Source of the DNA: Tubulanus polymorphus
Taxonomy: Eukaryota; Animalia; Nemertea
NCBI RefSeq assembly: GCF_964204645.1
Contig: NC_134031.1
Location: 10,292,001-10,356,000, forward strand
Direction: 5' to 3'
Length of the DNA stretch: 64,000 bases
Position 1 is the first letter of the stretch. The number at the start of each line of letters is the position of its first letter. The notes under the pieces were generated by a model. The model made no database searches, had not been told where the DNA came from, and worked only from the letters and a program-made list of their open reading frames with translations. The position numbers were made by a program, and so were the translations under genes. This document shows positions 52,310-64,000 of this stretch, one piece after another.

Positions 52310-53590
52310 TTTATTGAGCGTTGTGGGGGGCATACTGTATTCACTTCGTCTTCCGTCTGTCTGTCCGTCATAGCGTCCGTCAGTCCGCAGACAGAGTCCA
52401 ATTATTTTGGGAAGTTTTGAAGACACTTCAAGGTAATGTCTTGAGATTGGTTTATACATGTATCTACCCTAGACTCATCTTCAGCCCAAAAACTGGCCCA
52501 GTCTGATTCAAGATGGCCGACTGGTGGCCATTGTTGATTGCCAAAATCAGCACTTTTTACACATTTTTGAAGTTTTCGAAGGAAATTTGGAAGACACTTC
52601 GATCAATTATCTTGATCTTTCGTATTTGTTTGTATCCCCCAGGGCCCATCAGCATGAGAAAAATTTGGTCGATCGGACTCATGATGGCTATCCTGTGACC
52701 TTTTTTGTGCCCAAAAATGTCAACTTTGGCCTGAATTCTCAGTCCTGTAGCTTCCTAATGGTTTGTCGTTTTTCATTGCAATTTGTGATGGGTATTCTTT
52801 GGAAAGGGATGTTTTATACCTGAGATGGGTATTTTTGATCAGCCAATTATGACGCAATTGGCGGCCATCTTGATATTATCAGTACTCATTCGTAGGTGGA
52901 TGAAAGTTTTTCCACATTTTATTGATACCTAAAGCATATTTTGTTTTCACAATCAATTGGAAAGCTCATAAAGTGTTCTATGATTGTATTGAGTTTCAAG
53001 GGCATTGTATATGGCCACCAGTGGGCGTTGAACGATACAATAACTTAGTATTTCTATATTATATTCATACCTATGCATATATTATTACCACAATCAATTG
53101 GAAAGTTGTAGCTCGTGACATGGTATATGATTGTGGTGAGTTTCAAGGTCATTGGTTTTTGTATATGCAAGGTCATTGGTTTTTGTATATGGCCACCAGG
53201 GGGCATTGAACAATATAATAACTTAGTTTTCCTATATTATATTCAAACCTATGCATATTTTGTTAGAACAATCAATTGGAAAGTTGTAGCTCATGACATG
53301 TTCTATGATTATGGTGAGTTTCAAGGTCATTGGGCTTTGCATATGGTTTCCAGGGGCGTTGAATAGTAGAATAACTTAGTATTTCTATATCATATTGGTA
53401 ACTACGCATATTTTGTTACCACAATCTGTCAAAAATCGTAGCTGCTGGCATGCTCTATGATTGTGGTGAGTTCCAAGATCATTGCATTTTTTCAAGGTCA
53501 TTGGGTGGAGTATTAAGTATTGAATTTCTTTGATTGTTGAGCATTTGAAACCACTTTCCAAGTGGGCATGGTGTCCCTGGACCCCTAATT
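52310..53590 (+). mobile_element. HINE-like family 2 copy with a different 5' head
   Basis: Body, ~3 tandem units and tail as in 30610; head reads GGGGGGCATACTGTATTCAC instead of AGCCCACTTGGGAC. Confidence 0.8.
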
Positions 53591-53599
53591 TTCCACCTA

Positions 53600-54150
53600 C
53601 TGCGGTTTTTAATGACTTTGTCACATTTGTCATGTTGATTGAATCGAACGATGATAGCATTCGGATAGGCAATGTTAGTTTTCTTTTTAATTTTCCACCG
53701 CCATGAATTTACATTTATTCATATTTTGCTGGAACTCTGATATCAGTTCACTCTGTTCACTATTATGATCTATTAGACTACACACTTGGATTTCAGTCTA
53801 CTGTTTTCACCTTCTAAGTTAAGGTTTTTTTCTTCAACGACCTACTCATTCTTTTCAATTGCTCGCTCAGTTTATTCAATGCCTCAGCTATAGATGCCAA
53901 TAGTTCCTCTTAAATACATGAAGTTTAGATTTCGCATAAGTTGAAAGGTTGTGCACCTCGTTTGTGAGGCCGGCAACTAAATCAGATGATTCTGAACTGC
54001 TGCATTTCTTTCTCTTTCCCAAGGACCTCTCTGATACTTTTTAGCATTCGATCTGGGAGTAGATGTTGGAGTTAGATCAGCAATAGTATCAGACCAAAAG
54101 ACATCATCTCCCTCATCAGTATCAGCTTCATTTATGAGATCGACGTGTGC
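53600..54150 (-). pseudogene. Possible decayed LINE ORF1 remnant
   Basis: Broken frames with coiled-coil-like EALNKLSEQLKRM and PNAIIVRF resembling ORF1 RRM motifs. Confidence 0.3.
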
Positions 54151-54350
54151 CCTTAATCACTGTGCCGCAAACTAAATGCACATAATCGGGCTCTAAAAAC
54201 GGATCGCTGTGGCGAAAGTGCATAAGAATTAATGACGATTAATCATTTTACTTATAGTAATAATAAGAAAGTTTTCAGCACTGCTCAACTTAATGCGATC
54301 TGTAAAAACTATACTGTGTGTACTAGACTTTTGGAGCGCACGTGAACACT

Positions 54351-55436
54351 CAGTGCTTCATCTAGCATTAAAAAAGGGCAGGGTGCTGATTTCAAATAAG
54401 GGCATTTTTGTGCGCGATTCCATCGGAGCAAGGGCATATAATAACGCACTCACGTCTGTTTTAGGGGCAACCTGCAATGTTCCCTATTGCATAGAATAGA
54501 GGTACCCCCTACAACGATTGAGGACTGGGATCTATGTTTAACTCTTATTTAGCCATGAGTGACACACTTGACCACTGTACATCCATACACCTATGTCTGA
54601 CAATGAACAAAAGTTAATCAATAATATGATAGATAGGGCTTTCAAAATGATTTGGAAAACCAGTTGCAGACAAAAAAATAGCAGAAAAAAGCAATCTCAA
54701 AAAGCAAATGATACAGCGAAGAAGCCAGCAATAGTGTAGAGGCCTACATGAAATTGCATATTTTTAATCTTAGAAATATCAAATTAATTGATTTAAATTG
54801 ATAGTGTTAGTGATTGACAAGTAACTGTTGATAATTGGTAAGCAGCCAGCTTAAGAACACATTATTGCTATTAAGCTACTCAAACTAATTGTCTCTGCCA
54901 GTCTCTCTGTGAGTTCACGATCAAAGTTTTTCACCTTGTATATATAAAATTTGTCTAATAGTCTAGATAAAAAGATCCAGAGCATCACGAGGTGTTCAAA
55001 ACGAAACAATCCATCGAATATACACTACTAGCTTTACAACGGCAGTCGCTAGAATGATTGGCAGTAGTTTGGAAGTCAGCCAATTTCCTGGAAACTTAAA
55101 CTAGGCCACATGTCTGAGGCACGTTTTCACACGATGCACACTGACTGCAGTACATTTAAATATAACCACTGATCACATGAGCTATTATCATTGATATCAT
55201 ACGAGATATTTCATAGCCGTCGCAGGATTCTTACAAACAGTCGGATGCGACAGCTTATTTTGAAAGCCCTGACTCATTACTCGTGACTGACAAGGGCAGG
55301 AGGGTGGACCTACGGCGAGTGATGAGGGCACAAGGGCGAGCATGGGACACATCTGAAGGGCACAAGGGCGGCTATTTTCGGGGGCGGGGCGAGGCGGGGC
55401 GGACCGCCCCTCTATATTTGGCAAGATGAAGCACTG
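54351..55436. mobile_element. MITE, CAGTGCTTCATCT TIRs, 5-bp TSD ACACT
   Basis: acact|cagtgcttcatct...agatgaagcactg|acact; related fragments at 16365-16437 and ~8010-8085. Confidence 0.85.
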
Positions 55437-55587
55437 ACACTGAGCATCGATTTAACACGGCAGCTAATGTTGAATGTTGAAAATATAAACCAAGCTGCAC
55501 CATCTACACCAAGTACAGAATATATGTGCCAATCTAAAGAATTATCGGTCCACACAAACAGCGTAAATCATGTCATAAAGAAACATC

Positions 55588-55588
55588 C

Positions 55589-55621
<33 letters not shown>

Positions 55622-55674
55622 AATGACGAGGATGCCATAGATGGGTTCGTCTAACGATGAAACCCATCAAAAAC
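55588..55674 (-). repeat. (CAGA)n microsatellite plus hairpin: head of a third HINE-like family
   Basis: Minus strand TTTTTGATGGGTTTCATC..GAACCCATC followed by (TCTG)n. Confidence 0.55.
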
Positions 55675-56109
55675 CACGAAATATTATGAAAAATGTATTT
55701 TGAATTTGCACAGTAGAGCTTAGTATTGTTGATTTTACTATGTTCTTCAAACTAAGAAAACTCATGGATGCACGAAAATTCAATAGGCACATCAGATTTT
55801 TTGCCAATTACTAAATTTAAACAGTAGGGTTCAGTAGTGTTTATTTTTATTATATATATTATCATAGATATTTCTATTTCTGCCGGTGTTTAGACGGTCT
55901 TCCTGGTGGTGTCTGGCGGTTCCTGACAGTTTCTGACGATTCCTGACAGTGTTTAGTATGACCCAAGACATGTGGACTCAACAAGTTCAGACGAAATGTT
56001 ATAATTCTGTAAGAATTTAACATTATGTATAGAAGCTCTGAGCAGTTGAATTGGATATACTACAAATGTGCGGGCTTAAGAGTGGGAAAAAATGATAATA
56101 ATAGTCAAC

Positions 56110-58564
56110 AATATAGCTGCATAGCAGCGATAACGGGTTACTGCCTAACTGGTTCATATATCGCACTGGGAAGAATCATCGAAATAATTCTAATCAGTCC
56201 ATATCATATGACTTATTTCCAAGAAGCGCAACCTGGGTGAACAATATGCTAGATATGTGGATCCAGCCACACACAAGGGCTACCACGTAAAAAGTTTTGA
56301 TGTACCAAAATGGCTTAACCAAAGATATGGTTCTTTCATAGTCCCCTGGTAGCAGTTGCATGAACTAGTTGGTCGCACATGCTGTCCTTGTGCTTCTTGG
56401 TCCGTAATTCTGTTAATACTAGGTTGATCTACCTTTATGCATCAATTTGTTCACTGAGGAATTTGCATTCAGAAATAATCAAAGATTTTAAACAAATTTG
56501 TTTTTGTTTTCATTTATCAGTGACAGTTTACATATTGCAAATATGTTTTAACTACGGTATAACAAATTTGAAAACGAAGTTAACCACGTATACTCAATGA
56601 ACATTAATTTACTTCAATCACAAAGAGGGAATTATAGGTAACAAAATTATTGCGATGCCGGGATTCAAACATGATGTGGCATCAACTGCGTGGACGTCTT
56701 TGAAGCAATTTAGGTAATGTTGAGTTCATCTGCCAAATGGAAGATGGTACAAAATGGTGGCGATAGATGAAACAGAAACGGGAAATCACGGATCGGGACT
56801 TATGTCAGTCCGATGACGTGATTTGCGAAAACAAAATGGCGGCTTTTTGAATTGCTCATATATGAATCAGATAGTGAGAATTGACATCTCTGGACTAATG
56901 TGAGTCCCAATCCTTGATTTACGGTTTAGTTGAGGCTCAAGGTCGTCCGGTAATTTAAAGCTTTTCGGGGTGCACTTTTATCAATGGATGAAAATTCTTT
57001 GCCATATTCTTACCGCTGTTCATTACCCAAAAATTACGTGGGATTAATTCATAACAAATAACTATACGCAAATTTGAAATGGTCAGACACTGACTTATAT
57101 TTCTGACACAATTGAAAATTGCGTTTATAAGCTGTCAGTGGTCGAATCTGAGAGGAATTACGTTTTATGAAAACCTTTTAGCCGAAAAGAAATAATAATA
57201 ATAAATATAGCTGCAAGCAGCAATAACGGGTTTCTGCCTTTCTGGATAGAATGTCGTTCAGGGATTGGAGCAAAGATTTCACCCGAAATCAGTTCGTTAC
57301 ATTCCGTTTTTTTTTGAAAGAGTGCCACCTAGAGGTGAACTCACAACATGGATATGTTGACCCACATGTGCTACTACGCGCATGTGCTACTACGCGCAAA
57401 GTACTAACGTGCCAGGTTTTGGGGGAAATAACATCGAGAAGAACGAAGCTACGGTGTTTTTACCATTCCCTAGTGACAGTTTAAGCGCATATTCGGTTAT
57501 TATTAGTTCCGAAAAAAAGTCGACTAGATAAGAAAACCGAATTTGGCCCAAAGCACAAATTTGGCCTATAGGGTAAACTATGCAGGAGGGAAGGCCTTAT
57601 AGTGTTACTATAAGTAGAGGAGTGACAAGTCAGTCTGACAAGTCAAGCGATCAGATGGGGACTACAATTCACATATGAAATTGACGTCCAATAACCATTA
57701 TAAACACATAATCACGAACGGTACCATCACTCCCCATTACTGACTGTCACTGGTCTCTGGCTAGCAATCATTCTTTATCGGTGCAGTGGGTAGGTATTTT
57801 CAACTGACTTTGTTCTTCTATGACATTACCATCGCCGCTGCGTCAAGATGTGATGTACATGTACAAGGGACCTCCAATTTGTAATGTATGTGATGGATAA
57901 ACTGACTTTAGACCGTTTAATATCAACAATAACAAGGTATCACTGACGCTGACATTTTCTGACGCTAACTAGTATGACCCTCCTTTTGGACCGGACCAAT
58001 TCAATTCAATTAAGAAAACGCATACCGGTACAATAAATAAATAAACCGCTGTTGATTTTTCGAAGTATTGATATCCACGAACAAAACTATACTATCACAG
58101 AATGTTTAAAAGGAACTGCTTTTAATAACAGTATGTAAACTTACTTCACGAACAAGGAAGTACATGTTTAACTTGTGAATGGTCGAATCCCAGTTATTCA
58201 CAGTAACCTGTGATTTGGATATTCTCGGAGCCTTCCTTCTTTATTGATTTATGAAATGACGTCACAAACTTTCAGATTCGCACCAGTATGCGCGCCATGA
58301 TTGATGATTGCGATTTCCACCGGTGTTATCTTTAAGTAACTTCAAGTTTAAAATAGGAAGCACAGTACATCCATAGAAACTACGCGGAGAAAGAGACTGT
58401 TATATTATTATAAGAGTCTAACATTTCGTTTCAAAGTTGTTAGTAGTCAAATCTAATAGAAGATGATTTTTATGTGACGAAACTCAGTGGAAAATATGTT
58501 AAAATAATGATCAGCAGGAATCCAATAGGGTTTCTGCCCAGCAGAAACCCTAATAATAACAATG

Positions 58565-58604
<40 letters not shown>

Positions 58605-58697
58605 TAACAAAACAATAACAATAATAATAATAATTATAATAATGATAATCAACAAAATTACAAAAGGGTTTCTGCGAGAGCAACAGAAACCCTAAAA
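56110..58697 (-). mobile_element. Two nested Helentron-family copies: inner 57203-58556; outer head 58667-58697 with body 56110-57200
   Basis: Two heads separated by (AAT)n; tails at 57203-57238 and 56110-56149; outer body 5' end is homologous to 8491-8780. Confidence 0.85.
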
Positions 58698-58788
58698 ACA
58701 AATTGAAGGTTTTCTTCCTATTTATAATGATCTGCAGAATAAAACAATAAGTTACTGGAAGAGCAGCAGAAACCCCTGATCAAAGCTA

Positions 58789-59455
58789 AACTAGAAAACT
58801 TCTAACATGTAGTCGGTTCTTCTGCCCCGGTAGGTTTAAATGACAAAGATCGTTTCTCATTAGACTGGCTGTGTTTTATAAGTAACAGTACGAACAGAGA
58901 CACTGAGGTTGGCACAAACGATTACCTCAGATCAATCTTTACCGATCGACTAGTGAATACATTTGAATGTAGAATAAAATAAAATGGAATTCGGTGAATT
59001 TTTTGCTCAATTAAGTAAAATTGACATGGATTTGACATTTATGTGGAATAAAATTTTATTGAATTTGCAATTCGTGTATATGGCTCATTTGCATATCAAG
59101 GTCACCTATCCGATTTGAGAAAAGCTATTTCTTCCCGAACAATTGTCAAGGATTCAGATGAGTAAATTAATCAACATTTCAAAAACCAAATTGACTAATG
59201 TTGTATCGACACAGGAATCGATCTTGAAAAACAATTTTGAAAAAAATTAAACCTGCAAATAAAACAGTCGTCTACTGCGAAGTCACGTGAACACCTCTGA
59301 TGACTTCTGCAGCTAAGCCGACGAGGCCCTTCCTCAAAATTTGGCACGCATGCTTGAATGCACGAATTCATGTATCATGAATATATGGCGAGGTTGCACA
59401 GTGAAAACAATAAGCCTTTCATCTGGAAACCATCTGGTCAATTTAATTCGATCCA
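58789..59455 (+). repeat. Unclassified interspersed repeat (paralog of 27172-27880)
   Basis: Colinear similarity. Confidence 0.8.
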
Positions 59456-60108
59456 CTCGTGTCTGCTATATATGTATAGTACGTTTGTATGCACACAGTA
59501 GTCAGCATTCAGTGATGATAATGAACAGCACTCTCATACATCGGCGGTGCGCGCGTGTTAGCCTCTTACACATCAGCCAAACTAATCGGCAAAGTTTAAT
59601 GAAATCCATGTCAGGATAAAAAACTGCCTTCTAGAAAGTGATTACCGTATATAAGCGACTAAACTTGTCAAACTGATCACTTCAGCACTGTGACTAGTAA
59701 CAAAAAATCACAGCGTGGTTTCCCATACTTGTGTCAAAAGTGCTGGCATTCCTAAAACAACCAATCAGGGCATGGGTTTTCCATAATCACATCAGTTCGC
59801 TCGATATAGCAGTGCCGTGCCGTCAATGTGTGCCATAGTCTAGCCATAATCTTTCAAGGAATTCTGTCAATTTTTTTACATCAAATGACGGAAATATTGG
59901 ACAACGCAATAAATTTGATCTAACATTCAATAAGTTCTATACTGCGAAAAGTGTATACATTGTGTTGTTACGGAGAAAACTGAACGGTAAAACATCGACT
60001 GACCTAGAAGACAACATGACATCATTACGAACAGGATAAGAAAATGTGGTCGTTCACTACTTGAACCGACCACAATAATGAAATTGGACAACATATTTTA
60101 AACACCTA

Positions 60109-60243
<135 letters not shown>

Positions 60244-61209
60244 TTATCGTTTATTGTTCCACCTTTATGCTAAGAATCTGGACATAATACCGCCCCTACT
60301 AAAAACCGACCAGAACCAACTGGAGCCGACAGAAACCAACCCGAGAAGACTGGAGCTCTATTGATCGAAAAACCCGACTAATATACTCTAGTATTATCTG
60401 CGACGTGACTCCCACTTTGTTAAAAAAATAAATACTGTAGAATGAGTGTATACATGATTCATTGCTGTATATTTCAATAAACAATTATGAATTTGATGAT
60501 TTGTTAAAAGATAGTTTGATTTCTCTCCCGCTTTTCCAAACTTTCGATTCTTCCAATAAACTACTGGTTATCTTACAGCAATGATTAAAGAGCAATATAT
60601 GAAACTTACGTCGCCAGAAAACCATGGCTACCATGGCAAACAAACAAAAGAAAGCGGGTTCGAATCCTTGAAGCAGCAGCTATTTTCTCGGCAGAATGAT
60701 TTTTCAATACAGTCTACCTTGAATGTAACGTCGTTGGATATACCGTAGATTCACTTATATCGTATTATTTCCGAGGTCCCAATATTTTTCATTCTATTAG
60801 GCCTTAAAAAACCTCGAATATACCGTATTTTTTATAACGTAGATCGCTTATATCGTATAAATTATTTGGCCAATTAGTAAAATCAACGTAATTATCCTCG
60901 GATATAACGTATTACAAAAATTTCAAATTAGAAAAAAATATAGGTTAGAAACGAAAAAGTTAATACAGTGCAATATCCCTACTCGTGTCAATATCCCTAC
61001 TATGTTTCTGTCAACATAGGCCATCATGGTTTTTAATTTCATTAAAATAAATTTCTATAAATACAATACGTTCGAAACAATACATTACATTTCGGAAAAT
61101 ATGAAATATAATATGTACTAACGCCGTTTCTATATCGGCACCCGCCAATTTGTAAAGTGGTAAATTCGAGGATATAACAAGGCTAATCATATACATGATT
61201 GAATTCATT

Positions 61210-64000
61210 TCACACCTAAGAAACAGTTTTTACCTAATTTTAGCAATTCGTTCTCGTTCTGTGTACTCAATAACTGAATAAAATTATGTACAGATGGGTA
61301 TCTACGATAATAAGGTTCTATAAATTTCTGTCGTAAATCCTGAAATCTAGGGAATTTAAGAATAAAATGATATTCATCTTCAAGATCAATTCCATTGCAA
61401 ATTACGGTAATTCGTATTAATCAGTCTTAAATATGTTTCCTTTTCGAACATTGATTTTGATTCTCTGTAGAATGAAACTTTTCTGTATTCGTATAGCTTC
61501 GTTTTGCCACGTTTGAATGAACTGATCTTGAAAACGACATTTTACAGTATTAATAAAGGTTGTCTCATTATTTATATAACCATTAATCCATGCATATTGC
61601 CGACCTAAACCAAACAATATATTTTCAATATTTGATGCCCAGTTATTTCCATTATTATTTACAACTTCATGCCTCATAATGAGGTTGAGTCGTCTATTTA
61701 AACTAGGGGTCCAGGGATACCATGCCCACTTGGGAAGTGGTTTCAGATGCTCAACAATCTAACAATTTCAATATTCAACGCATGATCCAATGACCTTGAA
61801 AAATCCAATGACCTTGAAACGCACCACAATCATAGAAAATGTCAGCAGCTACAATTTTGCAGTTGAATGTCGTAACAAAATATCCATAGTTACCAATATG
61901 ATATGGAAATACTATGTTATTCTACTATTCACTGCCCCCTGGAGACCACATGCGAAGCCCAATGACCTTGAAACTCACCATAATCATAGAACATGTCATG
62001 AGCTACAACTTTGCTGCAATTGATCATGGTAACAAAATATGCCTAGGTACCACTATAATAAGGAAATACTAAGTTATTCGACTATTCAATGCCCCCTAGT
62101 GACCATATGGAATAACAAATGTACTTGAAACTCACCACAATCATAGACCGTGTCATGAGCTACAACTTTCCAATTGATTGTGGTAACAAAATATGCATAG
62201 GTACGAATATAATATAGAAATACTAAGTTATTGTATTGTTCAACGCCCCCTGATGGTCATATACAAAAACCAATGACCTTGAAACTCACCACGGTCATAG
62301 ACCATGTGATGAGCTACATTTTTTCAATTGATTGTGGAAACAAAATATGCTTAAGTATCAATATAATGAGGGAAAACTTTTTTCCACCTACGAATGAGTA
62401 CTGATGACACCAAAATGGCCGCCAATTGCATCATAATTGCCTGATCAAATATACCTGTTTCGGGTATAAGAGATCCCTTTCAAAGAATACCAATCACAAA
62501 TTGCAATGAAAAATGGCAAACCATTAGGAAGCTACAGGACTCACAATTCAGGCAAAATTGACATTTTTGGGCATAAAAAAGGTCACAAGACAACCATCTT
62601 GAGTCCGATCGACCCAATTTTTCTCATGCTCATGGGCCATTGGGGGATAAAAGTAAATACAAACGATCAAGGTAATTGATAAGAGCGTCATCAAAATTTC
62701 CCTCAAAAACTTCGAATATGTGTAAAAAAAGTGCTGATTTTGGCGAACAACAATGCTGCCAGTCGGCCATCTTGAATCTGACAGGGCCAGTTTTTGGGCT
62801 GAAGATGTGTCTAGGGTAGATACATGTTTAAACTAAATATCAGGACATCACCTTGAAACGTCTTCAAAACTTGCCAAAATAACTGGATTCCATCTACGGA
62901 CGGACTGACGACGGATGGAAAGTGAACACAATAGCCCGCTTGGACTAAAGTCCCAAGTGGGCTAAAAAGAGGTATTATTGTTTATGAGTTTTAGCCAGTA
63001 TTTTATAGCTCTTAGCTGAAAATGAAAATAAGGGGGGAATCTCCCCAAATCACCATATATACATCCTATAGGTGTACTTTCCTTTACCTTTAATATATCT
63101 CGACATAAGTCTAAGTGTATCTTCTCGATAAAAGGTATTTCCTTTGTACCCCATACCTCATACTCATAACTTAAGATGGGCACTACTAGTGAGTCAAAAA
63201 GATACATAATAGTTTCTATTTTTAGATATCTAAAATTGTCAGTGTATTGTTTTACCACAAACAGTGCACGCTTTGCTTTATTAATTATATATTCATGTTG
63301 TCTCCCAGTTTTACCGTTACCTCGCATGATATAGCCCAAATAGTTGTGCTGGGTCACTACTTCTATTTCTTTTCCATAGGGCCGGATAAATTCCAGTATT
63401 GAGTATTATGTTGAAAATTTTGGTGAAATGTGGAGTCAGGATATCAATTCCATTCAACAAAAATTCAGAGATAACATCATCATCACATCCCAGAGATTTT
63501 CCTTATTTTATACCTAGATCAACCTCTTCCTTTGTAATTGGAAATTCTGTTTCCGTGACAACAACATTGACATTATTCTCAACAAGTTATTAATTGTTTG
63601 CGTTAATTCTGAGGCAGGAAAATCTGGGTTATATAAACTTTGAAAATAATCTCTGAACTCATCTGTTGCAATGGAATTATTTACGCCTGGTTTTCTATTA
63701 ATCCTTTTTAACTGTTTCCATTATCACTCCTTAAATTTGATATTTCTATAGATTTCCTCCTGTTGGCACTGAGACGCTTGATTCTAAGTAATTTTTTATA
63801 TTCCCCCTTTTATTAACATACTAATACCTATTAATTTCTGATGGCAATAGTCTATAAGTTTCATAAATATTACTAAATTCTCTTCGCATTTCAACACACT
63901 CACTATCAAACCAAGCATTGGCTGCTGGTTTTACATCATAGGTGTCCCTTACAATAAATGTTTTACGAAATAGTGGATTAGTTATGTGAGTTAGGGCTGA
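61210..64000 (-). pseudogene. Decayed non-LTR retrotransposon ORF2 (RTE-X-like, tentative), RT core deleted, interrupted by a HINE
   Basis: WFDSEC..ITKEEV..GKSLG.D.VISEFL..KIFNIILNTGIYP..W / EIEVV..YLG..LFDSLVVPILSY..EVWG..YGDLGRFP..IKYWLKL..WASNI..QDQFIQTW..EDEYHFIL. Confidence 0.8.
61701..62968 (-). mobile_element. HINE-like family 2, full-length copy with ~154-bp tandem units
   Basis: Tail AACTAGGGGTCCAGGGATACCATGCCCAC at 61701; head at 62922-62968. Confidence 0.9.

Noticed and set aside
58453-58701. Poly-Ile/Leu/Asn ORFs (also 15123, 27912, 34157, 38443)
   Set aside because: Translations of (TTA)n microsatellites in Helentron heads.

Overview
AT-rich animal (invertebrate-like; species not determinable) genomic DNA made almost entirely of nested transposons; no host housekeeping gene was recognised. 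The dominant family is a Helentron/Helitron2-type rolling-circle element with a 5' hairpin (GGGTTTCTGC..GCAGAAACCC) followed by (TTA)n, and a 3' end GCAGAAACCCGTTATCGCTGCTTTGCAGCTATATTT. About 11 copies form nested or tandem stacks at 8.4-20.8 kb, 27.9-49.8 kb and 56.1-58.7 kb. One 6.6-kb copy carries a spliced gene (basic NLS-like micro-exon, 8-aa repeats, herpes-tegument-type C76 deubiquitinase, OTU deubiquitinase) but no Rep/helicase; its reading frame ends inside a perfect 42-bp palindrome. A PIF/Harbinger transposon (43010-47056, TTA TSD) has its transposase gene and an intact MADF/BESS-like gene interleaved on opposite strands, each with its last exon in the other's intron. The window also holds a second HINE-like family with ~154-bp internal tandem repeats, many MITEs (including CAG..CTG elements with 5-6-bp TSDs), a hAT transposase fragment, LINE remnants, a tRNA-like SINE, a 31-bp satellite and a telomere-like tract. 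All calls are by eye from motifs and within-window comparison; no database search was run.
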